Source: a virus (lineage: Duplodnaviria; Caudoviricetes). Taken from it: a stretch of DNA of 51,590 bases. Positions 34,293-43,869 of the stretch are shown piece by piece (position 1 is the first letter of the stretch; every line of letters begins with the position of its first letter). Under the pieces are notes generated by a model, which searched no databases, had not been told where the DNA came from, and saw only the letters and a program-made list of their open reading frames with translations. The position numbers and the translations under genes were made by a program. The DNA is taken from positions 1 through 51,590 of the IMG/VR virus record IMGVR_UViG_3300044822_000051; one strand, written 5' to 3'.

Positions 34293-35738
34293 ATGAGCCG
34301 TATTTTAGCTCTGCTCGCCGCTCTCGTATTTGCCGCCAGTGCGGCCGGTTCGGGTTTGGTTCCGCTGGGCGGCAGTACGTCTAGTAGCGGCGGGAGCGGG
34401 TTTACTCCGCAGACAGGGTTTGCTTATTCGGGCTCTACCGCATCAGGCGGCGTGATGACTATCACTAGCAGCAGCTCCGTGTTTGGTTCCAAGCCATACG
34501 GCGGCGGCCCCCCGTTGGTATGGGCGCCCATGACAACCGACATGAACGGATCCTCTTTGGGCCGTATCAGCGGGTCGGGCACCTGGTCAGTCGTAACCAA
34601 TCTAGTGTGGCAATCAGGCTGTGGTCCTACGGGCGCGGCGGGCTGCGCGTACGGCGGCACGACCAAGGGTGATGGTGTCATAGGTGGCCCCGGATCGGTC
34701 TATCAAGCGGTGGCCGCAGTTGACTTGAGTGAGTGGTCGGGCTGGGCGAGTCAAAATGCCGGTGCGGGCTATTACGTCAATGACCCAGGCCAGGGTTTCT
34801 ATATCTGGCGACAGGAGTATCATTCCGGCTTTGGCCATTTGGATGCTACATCATCCAACAGTTATAACAGTGTTGGTAATTACAATTACAAAAACATACG
34901 CTGGTTCAGCCTTTATAGCAGCGGGACGGCCGAGGGTTATCCCGACATTTACTACCCGACGCACAATCAGCGGTTCGCCGTCGATTCGTGCGAAACGCCT
35001 TATTGCTTCCCAGGTGTCCCGAATGGAGCGCCTACGCAGTACACCAATGCAACAACTACGGGGTCGCCTGACGTAAACGGCTCGGTTACCGTCCAACAGG
35101 CTTTTGATGGCATGACTTCAGGCAGTGGCGCATACAATAATTGGGTTACGGCCGAATTCGGACTGTTGACGAACACGTGCCTGAGCGGTGCAACCTGCTA
35201 TGCGAGCGGCGGTGCGCCCAATTCGCAATTTTCATATGTGGTAGTAGGCAAAAACAGTAACGCGCCCATTGAGACATGGCCGGTTAGTAACTATCAGAAC
35301 AGCAGCCCCGGCGTCGCTTGGATGTTCGTTGATAGCAGCTCACTGCAAACCAATGGGCACGGCACAATTATTCGCACGTTCGCACTCCAGGCCGTAGTTG
35401 ACGGTACGTCGGGTTGCCCGAGCTGCAGCGATTTGCCACTAAATGCGTACGTCAACTATGGGCCAACGTATGTAGACGACTGCCTGTGCCATGTGGTCGT
35501 ACAGGACACGTCAACCTACAACGCGGCTACGGCGCGTGAAATTCAAATTCCCAGCTCGTGGAGTTCAGGGTCTATAACCCTGACGCTTCGTGTTGGAGCA
35601 TTTTCGAATTTCCACGGTAAGTATTTGTTTGTCATCGATCCGTCTAATACGGCGCATTTGATCGGTAGCTTCACGACGCTGTTTGATGTGAAGGACGCCG
35701 TTAACGATGATTATTTTGACGTGAGGGAAGTCGCGTGA
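34293..35738 (+). CDS. Signal-peptide-bearing beta-rich (lectin/adhesin-like) protein
   Basis: MSRILALLAALVFAASAA signal; aromatic/Gly/Ser-rich; 10 Cys. Confidence 0.75.
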   Translation: MSRILALLAALVFAASAAGSGLVPLGGSTSSSGGSGFTPQTGFAYSGSTASGGVMTITSSSSVFGSKPYGGGPPLVWAPMTTDMNGSSLGRISGSGTWSVVTNLVWQSGCGPTGAAGCAYGGTTKGDGVIGGPGSVYQAVAAVDLSEWSGWASQNAGAGYYVNDPGQGFYIWRQEYHSGFGHLDATSSNSYNSVGNYNYKNIRWFSLYSSGTAEGYPDIYYPTHNQRFAVDSCETPYCFPGVPNGAPTQYTNATTTGSPDVNGSVTVQQAFDGMTSGSGAYNNWVTAEFGLLTNTCLSGATCYASGGAPNSQFSYVVVGKNSNAPIETWPVSNYQNSSPGVAWMFVDSSSLQTNGHGTIIRTFALQAVVDGTSGCPSCSDLPLNAYVNYGPTYVDDCLCHVVVQDTSTYNAATAREIQIPSSWSSGSITLTLRVGAFSNFHGKYLFVIDPSNTAHLIGSFTTLFDVKDAVNDDYFDVREVA

Positions 35739-36553
35739 GGCACTTTTTGCTGTACGTTGTCACGGCTTTCTTAGGGATTGTTGGGCTGCAGCCCAACGCA
35801 TTCGCCACCGCGTCTGTGCGTCAAGAATCCCATACGGCATGGACTGCCGCGGGAGCGACCACGGTTACTACACCCGCGTTTGGCTCGGCTGTGCTTACAG
35901 GCGACACTATAGAAACGTGGGTAATCTGCAGTTGCACCACGACGCCCACGGGTGTTACGGATTCTGGTAGTCAGACATATACTCTGCGCACGTCGGTGCA
36001 CGATAACAATACAGGCGTGACAATCTATCTATATACGCACGTCAATAATTCCAGTGCTACGGCGTTGACCGTCACGGCCACGTGGGGTGCTGCGGAAACA
36101 TACAACGGAATATGGGCGAAGGATATTACAGGCGTCTCATCTAGCCCGTACCAGACAGCCGGCGGTCAGTCGCAGGCTAACCCCGGTACTACTACGGGTT
36201 TGATTAGCAGCGGCAATGTGACGCCCACGGGCCAACCTGCCCTCATTTCATCTTTGTCCTGGGATTCTGCGGGTAATGCATCCAGCATAGTGGCCGGATC
36301 ACAGACTGCAGGCTCCAACGGCTGGCTGCTGAGCGGCGGCACGGCACCTACAGGGAGTTCGGGCTCTCAGCGTGTGACCAGCACGTCTGCCATTGCCATG
36401 ACGTACTCAAATAGTACGGACGGCGGTTCTGCTGACTTTGTCACAATGGCGGCTATTTATACTGAGGCTACCGCCACAGGATCGCCCAACCAACATATGC
36501 CGCTGACCGGCGTCGCAAAAGTTATTCGTCCGCAATTCAAGAAGGCTGCCTAA
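35735..36553 (+). CDS. Signal-peptide-bearing beta-rich protein
   Basis: MRHFLLYVVTAFLGIVGLQPNAFA signal; GTGA coupling. Confidence 0.75.
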   Translation: MRHFLLYVVTAFLGIVGLQPNAFATASVRQESHTAWTAAGATTVTTPAFGSAVLTGDTIETWVICSCTTTPTGVTDSGSQTYTLRTSVHDNNTGVTIYLYTHVNNSSATALTVTATWGAAETYNGIWAKDITGVSSSPYQTAGGQSQANPGTTTGLISSGNVTPTGQPALISSLSWDSAGNASSIVAGSQTAGSNGWLLSGGTAPTGSSGSQRVTSTSAIAMTYSNSTDGGSADFVTMAAIYTEATATGSPNQHMPLTGVAKVIRPQFKKAA

Positions 36554-36982
36554 ATGCGCTCCATTATGAAGTTTGTTGTCTGCACTGTCGCACTATTGGC
36601 GTGGGGCCTGTCGGGCGCGCAGTCTGTCTACAACCAGATCCCGTTTTCTACCAACAGCAAGGGTGTGCTGATAGCCCCCGCTACGCCGGCTGCGACTCAA
36701 GTTAAAGCTAGCGCGGGCACGCTGCTAAGTATCACATGCTTTAACCTGTTGGCTACGCCGGTGTACGTCAAGTTTTTCGATGCCACTTCGGTGACGTTGG
36801 GCACCACGAGTGCATCACTCGACTTGATGTGCCCTGGCAACACTGCCGGCACTGGCTTTGTGTTGGCTACACCGTTCACGTTCGCGACCGGCATTGAGGT
36901 GGCGGTAACGGGCGGCATTTCACTGACCGACAACACCTCAATTACGGCCAGCAGCGTGGTCATTAATTACACGTATCAGTAA
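36554..36982 (+). CDS. Signal-peptide-bearing small beta protein
   Basis: MKFVVCTVALLAWGLSGA signal; VKASAG.L....N....YVKFFD..F.TGI pattern. Confidence 0.75.
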   Translation: MRSIMKFVVCTVALLAWGLSGAQSVYNQIPFSTNSKGVLIAPATPAATQVKASAGTLLSITCFNLLATPVYVKFFDATSVTLGTTSASLDLMCPGNTAGTGFVLATPFTFATGIEVAVTGGISLTDNTSITASSVVINYTYQ

Positions 36983-37008
36983 TAGCCCGTGGGAGCTTTG
37001 AGGCAACA

Positions 37009-38613
37009 ATGGGTATTACGTTCGATAACCCTAATATCACGTTTGACGAACTTATCACGTTCGATACGACGGGCCTGAGTACTGGAGTTCACATGGGCGG
37101 CGTTTCCGCAAAACGGTTTGTAAGTTCGATCCCTAGCGTATTAGCGGCCGGCGGTGCCGCGTTGGGAATGAACGCGATTATTCTTACCGCGAATACCGCG
37201 GTGCCGATTGGCGCTCTACTGAGATTCGGCAGTGCTACAGCGGTGGCCAATTTCTTCGGTAGCAGCTCGCTTGAAGCCGAACTTGCCGCAACCTATTTTG
37301 CAGGCTTCGTAGGCGCGACACAGATCCCCAGTGCGCTATATTTCGCTCAATACAACACGACGGCAGTGGCGGGATACTTGCGCGGTGCGGCTTTGACGGG
37401 TGTTACTCCCGCGTCGCTGCAATCGCTGTCGGGTACCATCACGTTAGTAATCGACGGCGTGTCTCACACCTCGGCCAATATCAACCTTGCCTCAGCGTCT
37501 AGCTTCTCTGCGGCGGCTGCGTTGATTCAGACGGGTATCCAAGCGGGCACGCCGTCCAGCACGGCAACGTGCTCATACGACTCCACGCGCAACGCATTCG
37601 TGATTACATCCAGTACTACAGGCGGCTCATCCGCCGTCGCATATCCCACTGTAGGAACCCTCGCGAACGGCTTGTTGCTGACTCAGGCGGCCGGTGCGGT
37701 GCTGTCGCCGGGAGCTGCAGCGGCTACCCCAAGCGGGCTCATGACGCCGCTGACTACGATTTCTCAGGACTGGGCAACATTCATGCTGTCCTTCGATCCT
37801 GATGGAGGCGCGGACGGCGGTCCGATCAAAGTGCAGTTCGCCGAGTGGAATGCCGGCCAAGGCGATTACTACGCATTCGTCGCGTGGGATGCCGCCACGT
37901 TGCCGTCAACTGAGTCGGACGATAGCTCGTGTTTCGCACAGGCAGTGTCCGCTCTAGACGGCACAATAGCGATTTGGAGCGCTACTCAAGGCGCCCAAAA
38001 TGCCGCGTTCGTATGCGGCTACGCGGCGTCAATCAACTTCCAATCTCCGGGCGGTAGAACCAATGCGGCGTATCGCGCGAGTCCCGCACTTACGCCTGAT
38101 GTCACTAGCGACACGATTTACGGGAATATCACTGCCAACGGGTATAATTGCTACGCGGATGTAGCGACCCGCACGCAGGCATTCCAATGGTTTCAGCCCG
38201 GCACTATCAGCGGCAGTTGGGACTTCATTGACTCCTATCTGAATCAGATTTACTGGAATTCGCAGTTCCAGACTGATTACGCGGTGTACCTGAGCAACAC
38301 CCCGAGCATTCCGTATAACCAGGAAGGTTATGCAGGCGTTCGCGGCGCCATCTCATCTGACATTACATCAATGGGATCCTTCGGGGCGTACGTGGCCGGC
38401 GGCAACCTGTCGGGCGCACAACAGGCGGAGATTAACGCGGCGTGCGGCGGCATAAACGCGGCGGCCACGGTTATCTCCCAAGGCTGGTATCAGTACGTGG
38501 CTGATCCAGGCCCCACGGTTCGAGCCGCGCGTGGGTCGCCAATCAACAAGTTTTTCTATTTCGACGGCGGCTCGGTGCAAATCATTGACATGTCGTCCAC
38601 GGATGTCCAATAA
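37009..38613 (+). CDS. Tail sheath protein (DUF3383); second start at 37093
   Basis: V...PSVLAAGG, V.NFFG..S.EA..A..YF.GF, P.ALYFAQYN, QDWATF, SIPYNQEGY, R.SP...F.Y.DGGSVQ. Confidence 0.92.
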   Translation: MGITFDNPNITFDELITFDTTGLSTGVHMGGVSAKRFVSSIPSVLAAGGAALGMNAIILTANTAVPIGALLRFGSATAVANFFGSSSLEAELAATYFAGFVGATQIPSALYFAQYNTTAVAGYLRGAALTGVTPASLQSLSGTITLVIDGVSHTSANINLASASSFSAAAALIQTGIQAGTPSSTATCSYDSTRNAFVITSSTTGGSSAVAYPTVGTLANGLLLTQAAGAVLSPGAAAATPSGLMTPLTTISQDWATFMLSFDPDGGADGGPIKVQFAEWNAGQGDYYAFVAWDAATLPSTESDDSSCFAQAVSALDGTIAIWSATQGAQNAAFVCGYAASINFQSPGGRTNAAYRASPALTPDVTSDTIYGNITANGYNCYADVATRTQAFQWFQPGTISGSWDFIDSYLNQIYWNSQFQTDYAVYLSNTPSIPYNQEGYAGVRGAISSDITSMGSFGAYVAGGNLSGAQQAEINAACGGINAAATVISQGWYQYVADPGPTVRAARGSPINKFFYFDGGSVQIIDMSSTDVQ

Positions 38614-38615
38614 CC

Positions 38616-39047
38616 ATGGCTACGCTAACAGTCGCAAACAGCGCATTCACTCTGATTGTTCCGGGAGTATTCGCGGTGCCCGTCCCGATGAAAGGCTACT
38701 CCGCGGATGACGCATTCGACACAGACAACGTTGCGCCCAACGAAGTGCTCATGGGCGTGGACGCCATTTTGTCCGGCGGCTACGTGCCGTACCCGGTCAA
38801 ACTGAAATTTGTCCTGCAGGCTGACTCGCCGTCCAACTATTTTATGGACGCGTGGCGTCAGGCCATGGATGCGGCAAGGGATGCCTACCCGGCGAATGCG
38901 ACCATAGTGTCTCCGTCTGTTGGTAAAATCTGGACCTTTACCAAGGGGTTTTTGACAGGCGCCATGCCCACGCCTCCGGGCAAAAAGCTGTATCAGCCGC
39001 AGCCCTATGAAGTGACGTTTCAGAGCATAACCACGGCGGCGGCGTAA
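38616..39047 (+). CDS. Tail tube protein
   Basis: GYSADDAF, MGVDAILSGG, LQADSPS, FTKGFLT; follows the sheath. Confidence 0.85.
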   Translation: MATLTVANSAFTLIVPGVFAVPVPMKGYSADDAFDTDNVAPNEVLMGVDAILSGGYVPYPVKLKFVLQADSPSNYFMDAWRQAMDAARDAYPANATIVSPSVGKIWTFTKGFLTGAMPTPPGKKLYQPQPYEVTFQSITTAAA

Positions 39048-39048
39048 C

Positions 39049-39396
39049 ATGTCTAGAAAAGTTTGGAAGGAAACTATCTCCATCGAAGGCCGCGATAAGG
39101 GCAAGACCTTCGAAATTACGGAGATGCCTGCAACGGCAGGTAAGAAGTGGGTCATGGAGCTGTATTCACTCGGTGAGGGTAAGAGCGCCGGGTATTTGAC
39201 AACCCTCATGGACCGGCCCGAGTTTATCGGTTGGCGCGATTGTGTGAAATATCGGCCGCCGGATGCAAAACTCGCAGCTCAAGTAATATCGTGGGATGAT
39301 GATGCCTGTCAGATAGAAGAGATACCCACGGTGCTATTTCTGCAGGGCAAAGTGCTGGAGATGCACACCGGTTTTTTTCAAAACGTCAGTTCGTAG
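39049..39396 (+). CDS. Tail assembly chaperone (gpG-like)
   Basis: GRDKGKTFEITEMPA, IEEI.T..L....L..H.GFF. Confidence 0.85.
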   Translation: MSRKVWKETISIEGRDKGKTFEITEMPATAGKKWVMELYSLGEGKSAGYLTTLMDRPEFIGWRDCVKYRPPDAKLAAQVISWDDDACQIEEIPTVLFLQGKVLEMHTGFFQNVSS

Positions 39397-39608
39397 ACTA
39401 CGGGCTGACGTTCGCCAACGATACGCCGGGGCTCCTAAGTTATCTCAACGTCCCGTCTGACGTAGGCGCTGTGGTGTCCGCAGGTCTCGCCACCTTACAC
39501 GAGTTAGATACCGTGTATGGGTTGGAGGATTTATGCAACCTGCTGGAAATTGTGATGGTGGACGCCTACAATCGGCGCAAATTGGCGGAACTCTCACATG
39601 CCCGGTAA
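39049..39608 (+). CDS. Tail assembly chaperone, -1 frameshift product (gpGT-like)
   Basis: T TTT TTT at 39372-39378; the -1 frame is open to TAA 39608 and encodes ATLHELDTVYGLEDLCNLLEIVMVDAYN. Confidence 0.85.
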
Positions 39609-41004
39609 CGTAATAGATTCTCTAGTTGTCACTTTGGGCCTAAACGCCAAGGGTTTCACTTCGGGCATTGACGGCGCCACTAAGTCTTTGGCCAATTTTA
39701 CGACCCGCGTCGCCGGGATGTTCGTTGCCTTCCGCGGCATCGAAGGCGTAGTTGACTACTTTAAAGACCTTCACCAGCGGCTTGCGGATATCGGTTTTGC
39801 TGCACATCGGTTAGGCGAATCCTCATCTGAGCTTTCCCGTTGGGGCGAAGTGTCCAGGCTCGTGGGCGGTGATGCTCATGACGCCATGGACAGCATCGAA
39901 GGATTTCAGAACGCGATATTTAATCTGCAGTACCGCGGCCAGTTGTCGGACCAGCTAGCCATGCTGCAGCGGTTCGGTATCGCCTACTTGGATGCTGCGG
40001 GCCACGCGCGCAACTTCCGCGACATCGCCCGCGATGCCGCTAAGGTCATAGACCGACAGGCTACGATTACCGGAGCCGACCAGGGCCAGCGCCAACAGCT
40101 CGCACAAGCATTTGGTTTTAGCGGCGGTATAGCCACGGCTGTAGCCCGCGGGGGTGAAAGTCTTGAACTCGCGCTCAAGAAGGCCGCTGAGGACCAACGC
40201 AACATAACCGACAAGGCTATTGACGCTAACGTCGCATTTGAGCAACGCCAGATAAGCCGTGAGGCGCGGCGCGATTCGGCCAACACAGCGCTACTCAACA
40301 AGTTGTTGCCCAGCGTGGACGCCGTCCAGGAGAAAATTACAGAGCTAATTGAAAAGGCCATCCCGCAGTTAATACACGCTATGGACGTGTTGGGCAACTT
40401 CATACAACACCCCCCTTCGTGGCTTACTGACATAACCAACCTGCTGGGGCCGGGAGGCAGTTTAGTCGCAGGGCTGTTAGGCGTCACTGCGGCTGTTGGC
40501 GTGGGTAGCACTCTTGTTACAGGAATAACCGCTTTGACTGGCGCGCTGTTGCGCCAAGCGGGCGTGGCTAGCGCGGTTGTAAGCGCGGGCATTGCGACGG
40601 GTATTGGCCTAGATTGGTTGGATGAGAAGTTTAATAAAGGCCGCATCTTAGGCACAACTGCACCTGTGCCGGAAGTGTTGGGGGGTATGTTAGAATGGCT
40701 CAGTGGGACGCGATACAACCCTAACTCTGGGTCACGTAACTTTACCAGCGCCCAGCTACAGCAATCGTGGGGTATTCCCACGCCGGCGGCTGCGCGGCCC
40801 GTGGAGAATTTTGACCCGCTTACGTTGCCCGGTACTGAATCCGACCATAAATGGCTAGGCCCTACAACGGGCGCGGGTTCGGTGCGTATTGATAGTATAG
40901 TAATTAGCACGCAAGCCACGGATGCGAACGGTATTGCCGGTAGCATCAGTGACGCCTTGCGCCGCAAGTTGAATGTTGCGAATGCTGACGGGGGCCAGGG
41001 GTGA
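39598..41004 (+). CDS. Tape measure protein (short)
   Basis: VIDSLVVTLGL..GF N-terminus; helical Ala/Gly-rich; follows the chaperones. Confidence 0.85.
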   Translation: MPGNVIDSLVVTLGLNAKGFTSGIDGATKSLANFTTRVAGMFVAFRGIEGVVDYFKDLHQRLADIGFAAHRLGESSSELSRWGEVSRLVGGDAHDAMDSIEGFQNAIFNLQYRGQLSDQLAMLQRFGIAYLDAAGHARNFRDIARDAAKVIDRQATITGADQGQRQQLAQAFGFSGGIATAVARGGESLELALKKAAEDQRNITDKAIDANVAFEQRQISREARRDSANTALLNKLLPSVDAVQEKITELIEKAIPQLIHAMDVLGNFIQHPPSWLTDITNLLGPGGSLVAGLLGVTAAVGVGSTLVTGITALTGALLRQAGVASAVVSAGIATGIGLDWLDEKFNKGRILGTTAPVPEVLGGMLEWLSGTRYNPNSGSRNFTSAQLQQSWGIPTPAAARPVENFDPLTLPGTESDHKWLGPTTGAGSVRIDSIVISTQATDANGIAGSISDALRRKLNVANADGGQG

Positions 41005-41621
41005 GCACTCCCGCACTCGCGCTCATAAGTTCTGGAGCTATCAGCTCCCTGCTATGGACGGCATCCCAAGTGCCGCCAGCGTGGGGCGTGTTTGACTCCA
41101 ATAACAATCAGCCCATAATACCTGACTCGATTCTCGAGTTTAGCTACCGTAAGGCATTTAGTTTGCCTACCTTTCCGGTGCAGCAGGGCCAATTTGCGGA
41201 TTACAACAAGGTAAGCCAGCCGGCTGAGATACGCCTAAGGATGGTTAAGGTTGGATCAGTGCAGGACCGTACCACATTCCTACTGCAGTACAAGGCGCTC
41301 TTACAGTCTATAGCGCTATACAACATCATTGTGCCAGAGGGATCTTACGACGGATTCAACTGCTCACGTGGTGAGATTGTACGGCGGGGCGCGCAGGGCG
41401 CGTTCATGCTGACTGAGGTGGACTTATTCTTCACCGAAATAGCTGAAATTTCCCCGCAGTACACCAACACCGGAGTTTACCTACCTGACGCGCAGAGCAC
41501 GTCAGCGCAGCCCGTGGCGAATCAGGGAAACGTGCTGCCTCAAGCTCCTTCATCCGCGTATGCTGCCGCGGCTAGCAATGGGATCAATTCCGCAATAGTT
41601 GGCGGCGGGTTTAGCTGGTGA
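41001..41621 (+). CDS. Baseplate hub / tube initiator protein
   Basis: WGVFD, PDS...F.Y, FPVQQG.FA.YNKV..P. Confidence 0.7.
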   Translation: MSTPALALISSGAISSLLWTASQVPPAWGVFDSNNNQPIIPDSILEFSYRKAFSLPTFPVQQGQFADYNKVSQPAEIRLRMVKVGSVQDRTTFLLQYKALLQSIALYNIIVPEGSYDGFNCSRGEIVRRGAQGAFMLTEVDLFFTEIAEISPQYTNTGVYLPDAQSTSAQPVANQGNVLPQAPSSAYAAAASNGINSAIVGGGFSW

Positions 41622-41998
41622 ACATTGTTCAATTATCTGCCGTTCCGTCGCAAACCATATCCATAGCGTTGGGCGGCCAAGCTGTACAAATAAACCTGTA
41701 CCAACTGGGTGCGGGTGCTGTCGCGGCGATGTACATGGATCTGATCAGCAACGGGGTGCAGATACTGACGTGCCGCAAGATAAAGGCTTACGTTAACCTA
41801 CCCAACACGCGAGCGCCATTCATGTTGGCTGGACGGCGCTACTTGGGGTTTCAAGGCGATTTCATGTTCTTGGACACGCAGGCGTCCACGTCTCAACTTG
41901 AGATTGCCCCGCAGTTTTCCGGGTTTGGCGTTGATGGCCGATGGCAATTGATGTACCTGTCTGTGGTTGACTTGCAGGCGGCAGGGTTAGATGAGTAG
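41618..41998 (+). CDS. Baseplate protein
   Basis: L.AVPSQT..I.LGGQ, YLGFQGD.MF.DTQ. Confidence 0.7.
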   Translation: MNIVQLSAVPSQTISIALGGQAVQINLYQLGAGAVAAMYMDLISNGVQILTCRKIKAYVNLPNTRAPFMLAGRRYLGFQGDFMFLDTQASTSQLEIAPQFSGFGVDGRWQLMYLSVVDLQAAGLDE

Positions 41999-42875
41999 CT
42001 TTACTCAAAAACTACTGCGCGTCTCGCTGGTGCTGCCTGTCGGAAATTTCTCAGGCACCAACGGCAACACGCTTGTACTCAACGGTTTCCGTACGGTCGC
42101 GCATTTCGAGCGCACAGGCAATTTTACCAATCAATGTACTTTGTCCATTTTTGGCATGCGCCAAGTTGACATGAATTCCGTAACCGTGTTTTTCGGGGCC
42201 GGCGGCAACATACAGTCGATAAACAACCGCGCTATTATCATCGTAGAAAGCAATGACGGCTCGGGCTGGCTGCAGATATTCGAGGGGCAATGCCAACAGG
42301 CTCAGCCTGACTATCGGAACGCGCCGGACGTGTGTTTGACGATACAGGCGTCCACGGGTGCCGCCCAACAGTATCTCACTGCGAGCCCCACCTCGGTCCG
42401 CGGGCCGGCGGATGTGGCCGGGTTGGCTGCGCAGCTCGCGAATCAAATGGGGTTCCCGTTTGAAGATAATGGCGTGAGTGGCACGGTAGACTCGCCCTAC
42501 CTCGTGGGAACTGCCATGGATCAATTCCGGGCGTTGGCGGCAGCGGCTAACTTTGATTTTTATTTCGACTCGAAAAGTACCTTGATCATTTGCCCAGCGA
42601 ATACGGGCCGTGCGGGCAAAGTGCCAATACCCGTCAATGCTCAGTCGGGGGAAATGGGCTACGTGACCATAGAACAATATGGCATTCACGTGGACGTACT
42701 ATTTTCCCCGTCCATAGCTCTTGGCTGGCCTATCCAGATATCTGGGTCTGATGTACCCGGCACCAATGGCGTGTGGTTCCCATTCGCCGCCGTGGATGAC
42801 TTAGAGGCGGTCAAGCCGGGCGGCATGTGGCGCTCGAGGCTGCAGTGCTCGCCGAATTCGGCAAGTGCGCCATGA
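41991..42875 (+). CDS. Baseplate hub protein (gp27/gpD-like)
   Basis: MSSFTQK.L.V, IFGM, IFEG...A.PDY..APDV, FEDNGV. Confidence 0.78.
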   Translation: MSSFTQKLLRVSLVLPVGNFSGTNGNTLVLNGFRTVAHFERTGNFTNQCTLSIFGMRQVDMNSVTVFFGAGGNIQSINNRAIIIVESNDGSGWLQIFEGQCQQAQPDYRNAPDVCLTIQASTGAAQQYLTASPTSVRGPADVAGLAAQLANQMGFPFEDNGVSGTVDSPYLVGTAMDQFRALAAAANFDFYFDSKSTLIICPANTGRAGKVPIPVNAQSGEMGYVTIEQYGIHVDVLFSPSIALGWPIQISGSDVPGTNGVWFPFAAVDDLEAVKPGGMWRSRLQCSPNSASAP

Positions 42876-43507
42876 GTATCAATATCTCCACGCCGCTGCA
42901 GAAACCTACCTCGGCCGCGACCGAGTACCAAATGCTGCAGTTTCTCATAAGCCAACGCTTATTAAAGGTACAGACCGTCACCCTGGTTGAAGTGACTGCG
43001 GTTTACGGCGGTGGCGTAGCTCCGGTGGGAACTTTAGACGTTTTACCCCTCGTGGACCAAATTGACGGCGCGGGCAACGCTATAGCGCATGAAACGCTAT
43101 TCAACCGGCCCTACGTGCGCGCTCAGGGCGGCCAAAATGCCGTTATTGTCGATCCCGTGATAGGCGATATAGGCGTCATGGTTTTCGGCTCACGAGACTT
43201 ATCCGCGGTGCTGGCATCCGGTCAGGAAGGGCCGCCGGCATCCCGAAGGAGCTTTGATTACGCGGATGGCCTATACTTGTATTCGATACCTCGGGTTGCC
43301 CCGACCACATACATTCAGGTGTCGAGTGCGGGAATTGTGATGCATGCGTCCACGGTCAATATCAACGGCGCTGTGATCAGCAACAGCGGCGAAGTCACAG
43401 ATGGGGCCGGCGTTGTCCTGGGTACCCACGTGCATCCCGGCCAGGGCTCGCTCGAGGCGCCTAGCAGCGGCGGCCCGGTCACTGGCGACACAGGCCCTCC
43501 CACATGA
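42872..43507 (+). CDS. Baseplate spike (gpV / gp138-like)
   Basis: DVLPLV.Q.DG, R.QGG.NAVIVDP..GDIG, R.FDYADGLY, C-terminal HVH. Confidence 0.85.
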   Translation: MSINISTPLQKPTSAATEYQMLQFLISQRLLKVQTVTLVEVTAVYGGGVAPVGTLDVLPLVDQIDGAGNAIAHETLFNRPYVRAQGGQNAVIVDPVIGDIGVMVFGSRDLSAVLASGQEGPPASRRSFDYADGLYLYSIPRVAPTTYIQVSSAGIVMHASTVNINGAVISNSGEVTDGAGVVLGTHVHPGQGSLEAPSSGGPVTGDTGPPT

Positions 43508-43869
43508 GTGCGCCTTACAGCAGCCTTTTACTGGATATAGACACGTGGGATATCGTATTCGACGCGTCCGGCAACCTGGCTGTCGCTACGCCGCCCTATT
43601 CGGTCGCTCAGGACGTAGCTTGCGCGATTCGCACGTTTCTCGGTGAGGTTTACTATGATTCATCGGTTGGGGTGCCGTATGGAGAAATCCTTGGGAAACA
43701 ACCGCCCCTGAGCGTGGTTATAGCGGGCATACAGGCTGCGGCAATGTCAGTCCCTAGTGTAACGGATGCCATTGCTGCGATATCAAGTTTTGACGCCGCC
43801 ACGAGGGGCGTAGTGGGGCAAGTTACATTCACTGACACAGCCGGCAACGTGCAAATCGTGGGTATATGA
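43504..43869 (+). CDS. Baseplate wedge / sheath initiator (gp25/gp46-like)
   Basis: LLLD..TWD...DASGNLA, AQDVACAIRTFLGE.YYD..GVPY. Confidence 0.8.
   Translation: MSAPYSSLLLDIDTWDIVFDASGNLAVATPPYSVAQDVACAIRTFLGEVYYDSSVGVPYGEILGKQPPLSVVIAGIQAAAMSVPSVTDAIAAISSFDAATRGVVGQVTFTDTAGNVQIVGI

Noticed and set aside
39984-40967. Long antisense ORFs (also 25436-26068, 27740-28438, 12032-12628)
   Set aside because: Shadow frames of GC-rich genes, lacking protein-like motifs
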